Assembly: GCA_036172245.1 (NCBI GenBank) | Contig: JAYWIR010000010.1 | Location: 186,001-250,000, forward strand | Direction: 5' to 3' | From: Raillietiella orientalis | Taxonomy: Eukaryota | DNA: 64,000 nt | Shown: positions 36,001 to 49,325 of the stretch, piece by piece | Position numbering within the stretch: the first letter of the stretch is position 1 | How the letters are laid out: each line of letters begins with the position of its first letter | Translations under genes and position numbers: made by a program | Notes under the pieces: model-generated | Databases searched by the model: none | What the model saw: the letters and a program-made list of their open reading frames with translations, nothing else | Told to the model about the DNA's origin: nothing

Positions 36001-39000
36001 GCTCGGGCTCTGCATGCCGAGTGTTGCACAGCGACCTCAACCCGAGGTGTTTCCGATCTCTTCCAGGCAGGAAAGCTTCGAGCGTGTTCAGCGAGCAGAC
36101 GGGTGATTGAAAAACGGAACCTGGTTGAATGTTACCTCTGCCGCTGCCGTTACCTCGAAGGAGGTTACGTGCTGAACTCCGAGTACCTGGGGGGAAACCC
36201 CCGCGAAAAAACGGGAAAATGCCCGCAAGCGAACAGCAAGAACAACCAAATGGCCTTCGCTGAGGAAGACAGCGTGGAATGCAGAGCGGAGCGAAGATGC
36301 TAGCAAGTGGCCTTTGAAAAAGCGGAAGGATGCGTGAACTCGTGGACTCTGGATCGAAAGCAGGATGAGCGGCTCTTGCAGCGTTAAAAAAAAACAGTGG
36401 GAAAACAAAAACAACCAGCAAATGGGATTCCGACTGAGCAAGGAGCGGAAACCGCAAAGCCGACCAATATTTCATGCTCATCTCTTACATCACATGATGC
36501 AGAAATGAAACCCGACTCTTGCACCTCCAGCAAGACGGCGCTTAGCATTTTCGATGCCGGCGTTTGAACTTTCTCGCACACGATCGTTGGCAGGACGTAA
36601 TTTAGCAGCAATGCCAGGCAACATTTGGAATGCCACCTGTAGCCTTTCATGATACAGCTGGCATTCCTGGCCACACGACTTCAGTGAAACGACGTGGAAA
36701 GAGACATGAAAAAGGAGCGACTTCGGTTTGTGTGTCAAGAACCCGCAGCATGAAAATTAAGGATGGAGTGACATAAGTGCATGGAAAACTGAACTTTCTA
36801 ATTACCTCTCCAACACACCATTAGTTCATGTACTCGTGCTTTGGTGCACAGTATTAGGTCATTTCTCTAGAGATCCCAAAGTAACTAAAGCAGAGGGATT
36901 TCCCTTCTTCGAATTGAGGTTTTCGCTCCGGAAGAAGTCATTTCCTCCGGAAGAGGAAATCCTCCTCTTGGAGAGGGAATTGGGAGAAAAAAGAAAAAGA
37001 AAAGAAGAAGAACAATCCAAAGTCGAGTCTTGAAAACTTTCTCCTGATCTATAATGGAAAGCAATGACTTCCAGGATTCGTCTCACCAAAATCATGAGCA
37101 GAAACACACACGCGAATGGAACAGAAAATAGAATAATAATCCCTGAGTCGAAAGAACCCATAACAACATGAGTCTTCAAAGAGAAAAAATGGCCATGTAC
37201 ACTACTAAAAAGTGACGCACGAACCTGAAAGCACTTTCAGAATAGCTCACCATATCTATCACGGGATGGACGCATTGCTTGCTGAAATGCTTTCCACATT
37301 ACTGCAACGGCCTAAGACTCGGTGCTTTACTCCACTTATTAAATGAATAGCTGACAGTTTTTAGTTATGCTTGCGGAGCGGTGGTGTCCCAAACGGCAAT
37401 TTTGAGCTTCATTGTGATGAAAAGCGAAAAGTGCACAACAGCCCAAAGTTTCGTGTTGCTAAAGCTTGTCAACGAAGTAGAAAGTCGGGCATGAGTGTGC
37501 CGCGGTGCACCTCCCTGGAAATGAGACCAAAAGGAACATCACGCCACATGCGCAGACAAATGCGAACGAGAAATGTGAAATTGCTTTCGACTCGACAGTT
37601 TGCCGAGAAATCACTTTTCTGATGACTGCCGCGGAATCTCCATTCGAAACACGCATTCGACGGCGCGAATCTCAGGTCGGCACCTGGGCGCAAACGTAAC
37701 ATTTCCTGCGTCCAGGCAAACTGCTTGCTGAAACTGAGCAAAGGATGAACGGCAGCCATGAGGCAGAAACGCGTGAGCGGAGCAAAAGTATCCAAACTTG
37801 AAAGAAAGAGAGAAGGGAAGAAAGGACGATACGCGTAGAGCGATGCTGGTGATTGAGAATGCAGCTGACTAAGAATACATCCTTTACAGCCTACCAAAAA
37901 AGAAGCGGGGGGCGAGGGGGGGGGGAGGAGGAGGCGCAACTGAAACCACCCACCCTTCGCAGTTCCGTTGCTTTCCACGAATTGCCTGAGTTTTACATGA
38001 ACTTTGGACCTGAATCAGACCACTTGTGGTGGTGAATTCCATTTGTGCTTCGGTTAGCCCTGCAGTTAACGCAACCAGATGTTGCGCGTTAAACACTTTT
38101 GCACACGAATAACGCTGAAAGGATTTTTTGCAATTGAAATGTTATTTCCGTTTCTCGTGATGGCTGCCACCATGTGCGTTTCCAGCATCTGTTGCACAGC
38201 CTTCGGAACTGTTCGTCTTCTTGGAAGAAAGCCGTTCGTGAATGCGCGATCCACTTTGAAAACGCAAAAGCGGAGAAAACCGTATCTGTGAAAGTGGATG
38301 CGAAAGACATCCATGCAGAAGCTGCAACCGACGGACGGTGCGGACGCTCCGGGATTGGGACTGCCACCGAATGATCAGATCGAGTTAACACTTTCATCGT
38401 TCACTGCATGCATCTGCTGAAAGTAGGTCACTGGTCACCAGCCCCATGCAATGAGACACATTTCGGAGACGTAAAGCATCGTAAGATTGTCTCGCTGGGC
38501 AGAAAGCAGCACCCAACGAAATTCCACATGAAACCGAAAGAAATTCTCGAGAAAAGCCGAACAGAACGTGCGAACAGAGCGAAGCTGACGAGCGGTCGGA
38601 ATCGCACGTGAACTGTCGACGATTTGTTCGCGGTTTCATCTTTGCCCAACAGGGAGTATTCGAGAAGGATCACATTAATTGTTTCGTGCATCATATTTCG
38701 TGCTGTGTAGTTTTCATTTTTTTTTTTTTTTTTTTTTTTTTACTTTAAAAAAATCAACGAACCCATCGGACACCACGGAGCAATGTCATACAAAAGGCAA
38801 AAAAAAAAAAAAAACCCACCCATGTGTTGGTAGATTCTCCTTCAGCAATGAATACAACAAATTGCAGGCAATCCAAAGACGATAAAACATAAAGACTGGC
38901 GTACACTGCACACCGCTCAGGTAGGTGCATAAAAGAAAAAGAGAAAAAAACACGCCATCGTGCATTCGAAACGGTTATGAGCGAAGCTCCTACAGATTCA

Positions 39001-39717
39001 AAACACCTGAAAAATACCTCGGATGCAGCATCTGACCGTCGGAAACGATTCGAACTTCGGAACTGCCGTGCTCGACACTCGTCAAATGTGGAAGTTGCGA
39101 AGATGCAAATTCCAAATTCATACGTTAATTTTAGACCGGGCTAAAACTGTTTTTCGAGTGATCCAAACGCAACCGCCTGAGCACTTTCAACTTGAAATTG
39201 CACTCTTTCCTCTGCCGGGAACGAAACCGGCCGTGGATCCAATGAACGTACATCCCGATGCTCAAAAGATGTTTGCTCGAAGCATACGATGGGTTGCATC
39301 GAAATTCGGAAGTGCCAAAAAAAAAAAAAAACCCACTTGGAAATGGGTTCATCAGCACGGCCGAAGGAAGAGAGTACGAAGCGAACCCCCCATGAAACCC
39401 GTGCGGAAAAGCCGCCTCCCGACCCATAAAACGTGTGTGTGCATTTACATATGCATCCCATTTTTGCATACGAGCGCAAAGATATTTGGTAAACAAACCA
39501 AACTAGATATTTTTGGGAAATTTGTACCCGTAGGCACGGCGTGCAGACAAAGATAATTTCAAGGACATGTGACGCAGACGTTTTCAAATCAATAATTTGC
39601 ATTTCATTCAAAACAAACGAATGGGTACTTATTCGCGCCGCTGCGTTTTTCTTTTCCTTTAGCCACGCTCGCTCTTTCTTCCTTACTAAGTACCATCTAA
39701 TTCTCAACTTGTCCAAA

Positions 39718-39755
<38 letters not shown>

Positions 39756-39756
39756 A
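39718..39756 (+). repeat. (CAG/CAA)13 microsatellite
   Basis: Direct reading. Confidence 0.95.
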
Positions 39757-40238
39757 ATGGCTGCCTTTTCAGAACGCACATCGCAGCCTACGAGGAGTGA
39801 ACGCAGCAGCCAATTTTGCATAATGAAGGCCGGTTGTGGAGCAGGCATATTGGGGAAACCCATTCCCTGAAAGTATTTTCTTTTCTCTCTTTTTTTTTAC
39901 CTGTTTCGTCCCGGGGGAAGCGAAACTGAGGAGCAACATTCGGAGAACGTCGATAGAATATCAATTGCATCTTCTGGCGTGCAATTGTGAGCAGCAAAGG
40001 CAACAAATTTTTATTCCTTACGAAACGGAACGAACACGATTCAGCCACCAATTGCATGAATGTTAAGTGCTAAAATATAATTATCTCGGGCGGGAATGGT
40101 TCGAAATTTCGGTCGTGTAGCTTTGCCGAAACAAAAACAAAAACAAAAGAAAGTTAAATAAAAAACAATGATGCTGGACCACTCACTTAGCTCATGGTGT
40201 CCGATGGCTATTTTTAATTTTCAAATCAAAGACTGCTT

Positions 40239-40244
40239 TTTATT
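40239..40244 (-). terminator. Candidate AATAAA polyadenylation signal for the ELOVL gene (another at 40010-40015)
   Basis: TTTATT on the + strand about 330 nt downstream of the stop, in AT-rich sequence. Confidence 0.35.
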
Positions 40245-40404
40245 AAATTCCCGCTTCAACTTCTATTACAACAGAATAAAATTTCAATACAGTAGTTAGT
40301 TCTAATTATCATATATCTATTTAATGTTTTCCAACACAAACGAAATTCTTCGTTACGAAAAATATGCAGAAATTTTCCAACTGTCCGTCAATACTAGAAA
40401 TGAT

Positions 40405-40452
40405 GAAGAAGAAGAAGAAGAAGAAGAAAATAAAAAAAAAAAAAAAAAAAAA
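40405..40452 (+). repeat. (GAA)8 plus poly-A tract, in the presumed ELOVL 3' UTR
   Basis: Direct reading. Confidence 0.9.
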
Positions 40453-40569
40453 GTAAAAATGGAAAAGGTGCTTTCCGAAATTACAATGATCTTCGGATTG
40501 TATTCGGAGCAATGTCTTTAGCAGAAAACATCTCGGCATCGATTCACAACACGAATGAACCTTTCCTGG

Positions 40570-41077
40570 TCAATCCTGCTTGTCGTTTTTCATGGAACAC
40601 TTCGACTTCTTCATGTATGCATTATAGAAAAACTGTGCGAACAACAGAAAATAACTCAGATACATCAAGAAGGACACTTTCAGATTATCATAGGATACTT
40701 GGCATTCCAAACCAGCTTCTTTTGCAAGAAAACTCCATATTCCTACATAGCATCCGATGACCATCTGTGACAGTTGAGCAAGCGTTATGGCAATGGAAAC
40801 TTGGCGGGGCACCGGAATCTTGATAGCTTTCAGAGCATAATAAGAGTACATTAGCGAATGCACTGCGTAGTTCATGAAGATGAACCATCTCCCGGGAGCT
40901 GCGAATTCTGTAAAAGCATACCATGTGTAAAGAAGAACAGTAACATGGTGGTACCAGTGAAGAAATATTAGAGGTTGTTTTCTAAGCACTACGAACACCG
41001 TGTCGCCCAACTCAGGTACCTTGGACAGAGCAAACATCCAACTCCAAAAACCAGTCACATAATTCTGTTCTATAGAG
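40570..41077 (-). CDS. ELOVL6: ELOVL6-like coding exon 2
   Basis: SIEQNYVTGFWSWMFALSKVPELGDT...HWYHH...KNDKQD-stop. Confidence 0.94.
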
Positions 41078-41173
41078 CTGCAAGAAAAAAGGCTTCGGGC
41101 ACCACAACATATAGTACGAAAAGACATGAAAAACAAATTGGCAAACAACAGATTTTAATTTTTTTTTTTCCTC

Positions 41174-41212
<39 letters not shown>

Positions 41213-42375
41213 GGCAAGTTTTGGGTAATCAGAATGGGAATTTGAGGATTTGTTTACTGCTACACAAATGCACTCTAAAAATGAAATTTAAAAATTTTGG
41301 ATACATTTTTGAGAGCTGGCAAGGGGCAAGGAATCGGAAGAAAAAAAAAAAAAAACCTGTCCGTCGAATGGAATGCTTGTGGTCAAAAATCAAGATAGGA
41401 GGGGGACGGAGGTGGGGCAGGGGGGGGAGGATGGGAGGGAGGGCAAGAGTGCCGTGCGGTTATTCATCACAGCAGCACTCGATTCACCGCGATCCGATTA
41501 AAAATTCGTTGCGAATGGAAAGATGGGAGGGGGGGAAGAGCTTCCATTCCGAGCATAAACATACCACCACCACTTTACTTTACTTTCGCCAGCGAAAGAT
41601 TGAACATTCAAACGACAGCGGCAGCGGTGATGACGATGCCGCGTATTTATTCGACATCAAATAGAGAGAGACGGAGAGAGAAGTAGAGAGAAATAGAAGG
41701 AAAAAAAAAAAAAAAACCCGCTCGCAGCTTCCGCGGTGAGAGAAGCTCGAAATGCACTTGCAACAATGCAGGCCCGGAGCGGAAGCGCGAGGGCGACAAC
41801 AATGCAACAAACATCTATTAATAAACCTTAAGCCTGCACTCGCGGCAAGAAAAAAAAAAAATTTTTTTTTTTTTCTTTTTTTCCCACGAGTTGTGAGGGA
41901 TCGGTTTCTCGATTAACTAAAGCTGTTAAGGTAAAAAAAAAACAAAAAGGGGGGGAGGAGAAGAGGGTGAATAAATGAATAAATAAATAAATAAAAATAA
42001 GTAAATAACCTTCTTGAAATTAGAAAGAATATGCTCTAACCTTGGAATGCATGCAGAATGGTAAAAACCATAGGTTCTCAAAACATACACTATCTCCGGC
42101 ACTGTCCGACTAGCTCCGAAAATACTGAACACAGCCAAAAACACATTCCACAGAAACAAACACCTTCTCAACTCCAATTTTTTGCGATTCTGCATGTAAT
42201 GCTGCAATCCGAAAATCACGCACATGTACACACCAATATAATAAAAACATTGTTTCCAGTTTTGGTTCATCCACGCCTTGGTCATGTGGTGGTCGAAATT
42301 CTTTTCGAAAGTGAAAATATATCCATAATCCGGCATAATGTAATCGAACGAGTGGTTTGAGGATTTCGTTGCCAT
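40570..42375 (-). CDS. ELOVL6: Elongation of very long chain fatty acids protein, ELOVL6/baldspot-like (GNS1/SUR4 family); 2 coding exons (42375-42041, 41077-40570), 280 aa
   Basis: ATG at 42375; donor AG|gttag at 42040; acceptor ttttcttgcag before 41077; phases match (843 nt). Motifs: LWNVFLAVFSIFGASR, SKVPELGDTVFVVLRKQPLIFLHWYHH (HxxHH box), MNYAVHSLMYSYY, AQLSQM, MYLSYFLLFAQFFYNAY. Confidence 0.93.
42041..42375 (-). CDS. ELOVL6: ELOVL6-like coding exon 1
   Basis: MATKSSNHSFDYIMPDYGYIFTFEKNFD...YGFYHSACIP; GT donor. Confidence 0.92.
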
Positions 42376-44956
42376 CGGGCAGCCCGTGCCGTGCAGTCAC
42401 GACGCCCCTCGCACCGAGTCCAAATGGCAAATGTTCCAATTCCAGTGGATGAATAAGGAATTGATTTTTCACCGCAGTGCGCAGACGCGAACGTTCTCCT
42501 CCGCGCGCACACGCGCGCGCCGGGCCTCCGAATAGCCGGCACCGTCGTCTAGTTAACGAGATGAGCGGCGTGGCGGCGGTGGGTGGCGTGGGGCCGTCCC
42601 GCCCCCGGCAGACGTGGCTGGGAGCGCCCGCACGCAGCAGCAGCAGCATCCGCGCGCGCGCGCGCGTGCCCTCTGCAACTGCGCTCGCGTGGCGGGCGCA
42701 GTTGCGATCCAGACCCGGGGCCCCTTTCGGGGACCTCGGCGGAATGGGAAAAATGCGCTTCGTTCCCTCCCTCCCTCCCCGGCCGGGAAGCGTTGCGTAC
42801 TTCCAAGAGGGGTGGGCCTGCATGCCCCGGAAGCCCTCCTCCATCGGGCTGGGGTCGGCGTGTCTTCCGTCGCCGCATGCTTCTTCGCAAGGCCGAGCTC
42901 CGAGCTTCGTCCGAGGGGGAGCGCGGACGGGTAGGGACGCGCCCACGGATTCCCGAAAGCAGGGCCCGCGAAAGGGAATGGCGGCACACTTGGAAAGGAA
43001 CGGAACCCGGTTCGCTCAGGTGCGAGAATCGTCCAGCAGCGGACGGGATCCAGGGAACACGACGTCCCGGCACCGTGCTCCGGCAATCTTCTGCGCTTTC
43101 CCCGTCCGCCGCCGGACGTGGCGGGCGACGGGAAAGACGAGGCTCCGCCGCGCGCGCACGAACGCGCGTGCGAGTGCCCGCTGCCTGCCTGTCACCTATT
43201 TATGAATTTTGCAATCAGGTGCACCGAAGTTACCCTTTCGTTCCACTCGCCACGAGGTGTGCCTCGTAATACACCCTCACGTGTCCACCCGCGAGGGAAG
43301 CCGAAGCGGCGGTTCCCAAGGAAACGGCTCTCCTCCCCGAAAACGAGCTGCTGCCGCGGCTCACTGGCGGTTGAAGCCACCACCGGCAGGAGACCGCTGG
43401 TCGTCTGCGACCTGAGGGATGCCTGGCTGGAGACAGGAGCTACCTCGGCGAGGGGAGGAGCGGGGGCAGGGACCCAGCAGATCCGGTCCTTTCCCGAGAG
43501 AGAACTGACGTTTGCTTTCGTTTTCGTTTCGTGTTTCAGTGGCTGCGGCCCTCCACCACCGACGACGAGCATCGCATTCGAGATCGTTCGCTCCACGGAG
43601 CATGTGAGGCTGCTTGCTGCTCTTTCGCACCGCCTACATAGATAGACAACGTGCTCTTTGCCGCGACCAGACGGGTGGGATGGGAAGACGGAGATTTCGC
43701 TGTGGGACGAGCGCGCGCGTGCCGGTCGGAGAGAGCACGTTGCCGGAGCAACGTGCCGGCATCGCAATCGGCGTTTGCGAACCTTCGGGCGACGTTGAGG
43801 CTGGATGCTCCCCGCAAGAGAGGCACGCCGCGTTCCCTTCGCCGCCGCCGCCGCCGCCAGGAAACCGTCGCGCTCGCTCGCTTGCTGGCGGACAGGTTGG
43901 GGAGGGGAGGGGGGGGGGCGGCGCACGGATGCATCGGAGGAGGCCCTCAACGAACGCGTGGTGGAGAGCGCTGCCAGCGGCTGGTTGTCTAGCGAGGAGC
44001 TGCACACCGGAGCAACGGACAGAGCTTGAACAGCATGTGGTCGTGGTACTGCGTTCCTTCTTTTCTTCCTCATCTTTTTTTTAATTATTGATGATGAAGG
44101 CCGACGCATCCGAGTGGAAGGGAGGAGCCACGGGAGGTTCGTGCGCCCCTCGTGGGCGGGCGGGAACGACGGACGCCGGAGACCCGGGAGCGGCACTGCC
44201 GGCGGCCGGCGCATGCAAGCGCCAGAAGACGGTTGCACGCCGCCATCGGAGCGCGAAGCATGCGCTCGGGCGCGTGCGACGGACGGCCGGATCGATCGGG
44301 CGCGGTCCGCCTCCGGAGGGAGGAAGTCCGGTCGGTCCAGACGGATGCTCCTTGGCCGTCCGGCCGAGCGGAGAGCCGGCGAAGGAATTCCCTCCTCGGC
44401 GGGAGAGCGCGGCGTTTCCCTTTCGGCCGGGCACGCCGGGTGGCGGAAAGTCCGGGAAGCCGCCGCGGGAGTTCTGCTCGCGCGGTAGGGAAAGCATCCG
44501 TAAGATGAGCGGGCTCTGGAGGGGGAGGAGGCGGTGAAAGAGGAAGGAAGGGGGTAAGGGCCACGGCGCAGTCTGAGGGCAGGCGTCGAGGGAACACCGA
44601 GCCCATTGAAACGAATCCGCAACGCGCGCACGCACCCCATCGAGAATCCCAAAGTGGCTTCTTCTCCTCCCTCCCTCCTGGAGCCCTGAAAATCCGCCGG
44701 GGCCTTCCCTCCACGTGAAGTGGCGGACAAGCACGACAAGGGAAGCACGCGTTTCGAAAGGGTTGTTTGCGGGTTCGCAGGAGCTTCCGTGAAATGCTCG
44801 TTCGAGTTTCGGCGTCGCACGTTCTCACGAACGCTGCTGCACGCAAGTAGGTCTCCGCCGGTCAGGGCATCACGGCGTCTGGCTATCTGCCTCTGCTCCG
44901 ACCTCCTCTCCCTTGCAGCGGATGCTTCGTGTTTTCTCCTCGTGACCGCTTTGCCT

Positions 44957-44995
44957 TTTGTTTGTTTTTGTTTGTTTGTTTGTTTGTTTGTTTTG
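44957..44995 (+). repeat. (TTTG)n microsatellite
   Basis: Direct reading. Confidence 0.9.
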
Positions 44996-46719
44996 CTTTT
45001 GGAATTCGTTGAGCCGCTGCACGGTTGCCGATCGACGCCCCAATGCATCCGAATCCTCTGCGAAATCCCACCGCCCCGAGCCACGCTCTCGTGTTCAGAC
45101 GGGCGTCACACATCCGGGAACACATGGAGCGAAAGTGCACTGCGAAAATGAGACACACAATTCAACGGAGACGTGGTGGGAGTGGGGGGGGGAGGGACGC
45201 AGAAGAAGAAGAAGAAGAAAAAAAAAAACATGCGCAATCGAAATGCAAAGTCCGCGCCTCCGGAGCGGAAATCAGTCAGCCAGTGATCTCCATGGGAACC
45301 TCTCGGAGAGGGAGGACCCGGCAACAATGGAGCCCGGAAGAAGTCTGGCGGCGCCGAGGCTCACAGTCGCGTTCGCGCTCCGGGAGAGGATGCGGAGGCG
45401 ATGCTGCGGTTTAATGGCGCACGGTCGTACGAAAGTGCGCGGAGGGATCTTTCTTTCTCCCCTCTTCTTCCCTTCTACCGGGTGTCTGTTTTGTGTGTGT
45501 GGTTTTGTCTGCTCGTTTCCTCCGTCTCCCCCCTTCCCCTCCCCCCGCTTCCTCCTTCTCCTCTCCCATCCGACGAGATCTAGCGGGAAACCCGCGGAAC
45601 TCGAAACGCGAGAGAGCATCATATACCTGCCTACTGGTGGTGACGGCCGATGCGACAGACGCCTCCGACGTTGGAGGACTCGGTGAGGATCCGTCTTTCC
45701 AACAGTGCATCCAGTCCACCTTCTCTCTCCAGCGAGCGAATGTGCAAGGACGCGCTCGCGTAGGTCACCAGCGAGAAGGGCGACCTGCAGGAGGGGACCA
45801 AACCGCCCTTTCTCGAGGAAGGATCGGTGAGACACCAAGGCCGGCTACACCTTCCCTCTAGAGGACACGGGCAGAAGAAGAGACAAGTGACGCCACAACG
45901 TGTTGGGTTTCCGAGAACCGGAGGAAGAAACGCGCCGCGAGCCCCGCTCCTGTGCATGAATGCTCTCTCCGGCCAGCGGGGAGTGGGCGGGCGAGCGGCG
46001 ACAGCCACCGGGGGAATCCCGAAAGATCCAAGACTGGCAAGAACCGCCAGCGGACCCTTGAAGGAAACTCCGGGAACGCATCGCTGCGGTCCTCACTCCC
46101 ACGTTCGCAGGGAAAGCGGAGCGGGAACTGGGGAGGGGGGTCGGCTTTCCTTGCTCAGGCACCCAGGGTTGTTCCCCGAGGCGGGGGAAGGGAGCCTTCC
46201 CAGCATCACTTCCGAGCGCGTTGCTGCACCGGCTGCCCATTCGGAGGCGCCACCGGAGCCAAAGAGAGGCAGGCGTTCCTGGTCACGCAGCGCCCCTCGG
46301 TCCCCGACAGGACCATGAGGGGCTGACAGGGATGACAACGACGATCGACAGGGGTTGACGAGGACGACGGTAGTGGTGGTGGTGAGGAGGAAGAAGGGGA
46401 AGGTGGAAGGCGGGCGGAGAGGCGTCGTCGTCTCCGTCACCGTGGGGAGAAGCCTCAGCGACCCTGCCGCAGCCTCCGGTACGTCCCGACGAACAGGGAC
46501 GAGGGGTGGGAGAGGGTCCACCGGGAAAGTCCGCGTGGTCCCAGATTCTTCCCGGGAGGAGGGGAGATCCTCCCGACTTCTCAAAGGAAGAGGAGGGAGG
46601 GACGTTCTCGAAGCCGACCTTCTCCATCCGACAGCGGTGCCTCCCTCTCTCGCAGCCGCCCACGTGCCCTTGGGCGGGGGAAGGAGGGGGCGCGCGCTGA
46701 CGCAATCCTCAGCAGGTCA

Positions 46720-47330
46720 GTAACGACCGCTTGTGATGCGAGCCAGGAAGCAGCGTCCACCTGCTTGAGCACGTCCGTGGGCGCAGGGGAAGAGAATTCT
46801 CCGAGCCTCTTCCAGGAGGACCGCTGACCACCATAGAGGACGTGAGAGCAAAGGCGTCACCCCCTCCACCAGGCGTCGACCCTGAGAGCATGCGGGTCGC
46901 TGCAGCTGGGGAGAATCTCTCCTAAGGAACCCCGGGTCGTCCCGTTCGGACGCAAGGAGGTGCTCCAAGAGCCTCCCTGCGGCAGCATCGCACTCGGCGA
47001 TGCTCCGCTCAAGCGAGGTCGTCGCTGACGGCATGTGCATGCAGAGACCCTTCAAAACGACTGCGGGCGCGTCTGGCTAGTGGCGCACTCGTGTCCTCTC
47101 TCCCCCGGGGCGAGGTCGAGGGCGGCGGGTGGGGAAATGGGGTTTCGGCCGTTCCTGCGCGGCCTCCGGGAGAATAGACATCGGCCAGGAACCTGGAGGG
47201 AGAGCCTCCTGGTCCCGGAGGAGGGCAGAGGAATGGTCTCGCGCCGCTTAGGAGGTGCTGCGTGCGTTCATGGCGTGAGGCTGTGCGTGGGTGCCTCGCG
47301 CAGGAAGCGAAGCCGAGGGGAGTCACGCAG
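46720..47330 (-). mobile_element. Decayed LINE APE-endonuclease remnant
   Basis: Across frames: FLADVYSP (NVYAP-like), FEGSLHAH (GDFNAH-like), GRLLEHLL and GSHHK (SDH-like), in the expected order. Confidence 0.45.
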
Positions 47331-49017
47331 AGGCTGCAGCGGATCCTCCCGGCACATGTTCCGGACGCCCGTGATGTTTACGGTTGGCTCTCCGCTCCCG
47401 TTGCTCCTACCGCTCTTTGAGTCTTTGGCAGAGCTACTCACGCAACGCCCGCCACTCGCGGCCGCTTCAGCCAGCAGCCCTTCCCAGAGGCTGTGACCCG
47501 TGGCCTGGAAAACGCGGTCCTCACCAAAGAGGGTCGAAAGGAAGCATCACCTCCCGAAAGATCAAGAAGAGGTGAGATCATGGCGGCGTGGGAGTGTCAA
47601 CCTTCCCTCCCTGCTGCTCCTGCCTTCAGACAGGAGGCCACTCCATTGCCACGGCGCTTACATAAGCCGACAGCTGGAAGGATGCAGAAGGTGCATGGTG
47701 GGGCTTCCTCCCGTTTGCCCCTCCTCCTCCTTCTCCAATCCTCTCCCCCACTCCCCGCTCCCAAGGGCATGCTGACGTACTGAGAGCGCTATTGCCAGCT
47801 TCCCCCTGGCGCCACATGTTCAGGCAACAGGAGATCGACTTGCTCGCTTCTCGCAGGGAGGCCGTTCCTCGTAACGGGAAAGCGAGAGGTGTTCTGAGGT
47901 GAGCACCCCTTCACACCTGGCGGTGTATCTGAGGATCCGGCGCGCTGGAGGACATCAGTGCTGGTTCCGCGGTCCGCAGTCCAGAGCCAGCCAGTCTTCT
48001 GCGCTGCAGGTCTCCTCCTCCCCTGAACGTCCGCTCACCGAACGGGGCTGCCGAGTCTTTCAGGAGGACCTCCGCAAGCCGCACGGGATTCTTCTAAGGG
48101 GGGTGTCTGCCCCTGGTCTTCGCCTCGCAAAGGCAGGCGGTAAAGGGTGCCAATATCCCTGCTTCTTGTTCCGCAGTGGCCCTAGGACCATGCACGAACC
48201 TCCTAGTGCCTCGACCGCCTCCGCCTGGAGCTGCACTTTGATCTCAGCCAGAGAGCGACAATTCGGAGCCACTCTTCTGCAATGTGCGAACCCTTCCAGG
48301 ATCCTCGGAAAGCACCGCCTGCGGGGATCCTCAGGCGGACTGCCCTCCCCTGTGGACGGGGACCGCCGTGCACTTCTCGAGCGGATCGACTCCTATATGC
48401 AGCAAGGTGCCGCGCACGTGGTGACAACCGAAAGACCTCCCTCCACTTCATTCCCTCTCACGAAGGGGACCCCAGACCGGGAGGAAATCGAGTCGCGCTG
48501 GGTCGCACGTGCGCGCGCTGCAAGAAGCTCACGAGGGTCGCGCCGCCGCCGCCACTCTTGCGGCCAGCCATCCACGCATCCTCTTCCGGACATGCGCGTG
48601 TGTTGCCCGGCGACGCCTCCTCCTCCGTCGTCGCGACGGCCGGTCGCGCCGAGAGCCTCGGGCGGGTTCCTGCTCCGGTCCCACTTCCCTCCCTCCGGCT
48701 GCGGGTCCAGGGCTGCGCAGGGACCGCTCCATCCAGGAGTGCTGGAGCAAGACAGCAGTCTCCTCCTCCGGCCCGCGGCCCGAACGACGTGGCCGAGGGG
48801 CGCTCCGGTTACGCCGCACATCGAGGCGCATCGCCCCGTGCCTCGCCTGCTCTGCCCTGGGGAGCTGGTGCCCACGGCGCCGACTCTAGAATGGACCCCT
48901 GCACTCTCCCGGGAAGGGAAGGGGCAATCGGCGCGTATGGGGAGCACCCCCTCTGCTGCCAGACCAGCTCTGCCACCGAATCCGCTGCTGACTCTCGGCT
49001 GCGCCTGTCGAGGCGCA

Positions 49018-49325
49018 AGACCGAGGGTCTCGGAGACGTCAAGACGAACCTCCCGTCTCAGGTGGGGCAGCTCCTCGCATCCTTGGTGAGAAGGAGGCTT
49101 GCCGCCGCCATCTTGCGCTGTCACGCCCTCGCCAGCAGGTGCGACATCGAACGGCCCTTTCGGGAGCCTCCATAGGTCCGGTTCGCACCGGGGGCGTTAC
49201 TTTCTCGACTGCTGGGCTGCTTGCAATGGAATGAAAGGGCGAAATCTACTCGGGAGAAAAGCCTCGGAATGAACCCTTTTGATGGAGCTGAAGCAGGGCG
49301 GGCGGGCCAGCGATAGGGATGGGCC
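49018..49325 (+). repeat. Diverged dispersed repeat, copy 2
   Basis: Same-orientation homology to 27650-28040. Confidence 0.7.

Noticed and set aside
39141..39870. Poly-Q and poly-C ORFs
   Set aside because: Artefacts of the (CAG)n microsatellite in non-coding sequence.
43196..43204. CATAAATAG TATA-like motif on the minus strand about 830 nt upstream of the ELOVL ATG
   Set aside because: Non-canonical and the transcription start is unknown; insufficient support.
43192..45084. 630-aa minus-strand ORF upstream of ELOVL6
   Set aside because: Arg/Pro/Ala/Ser-rich, runs through a microsatellite and has no recognisable domain; expected by chance in very GC-rich DNA.
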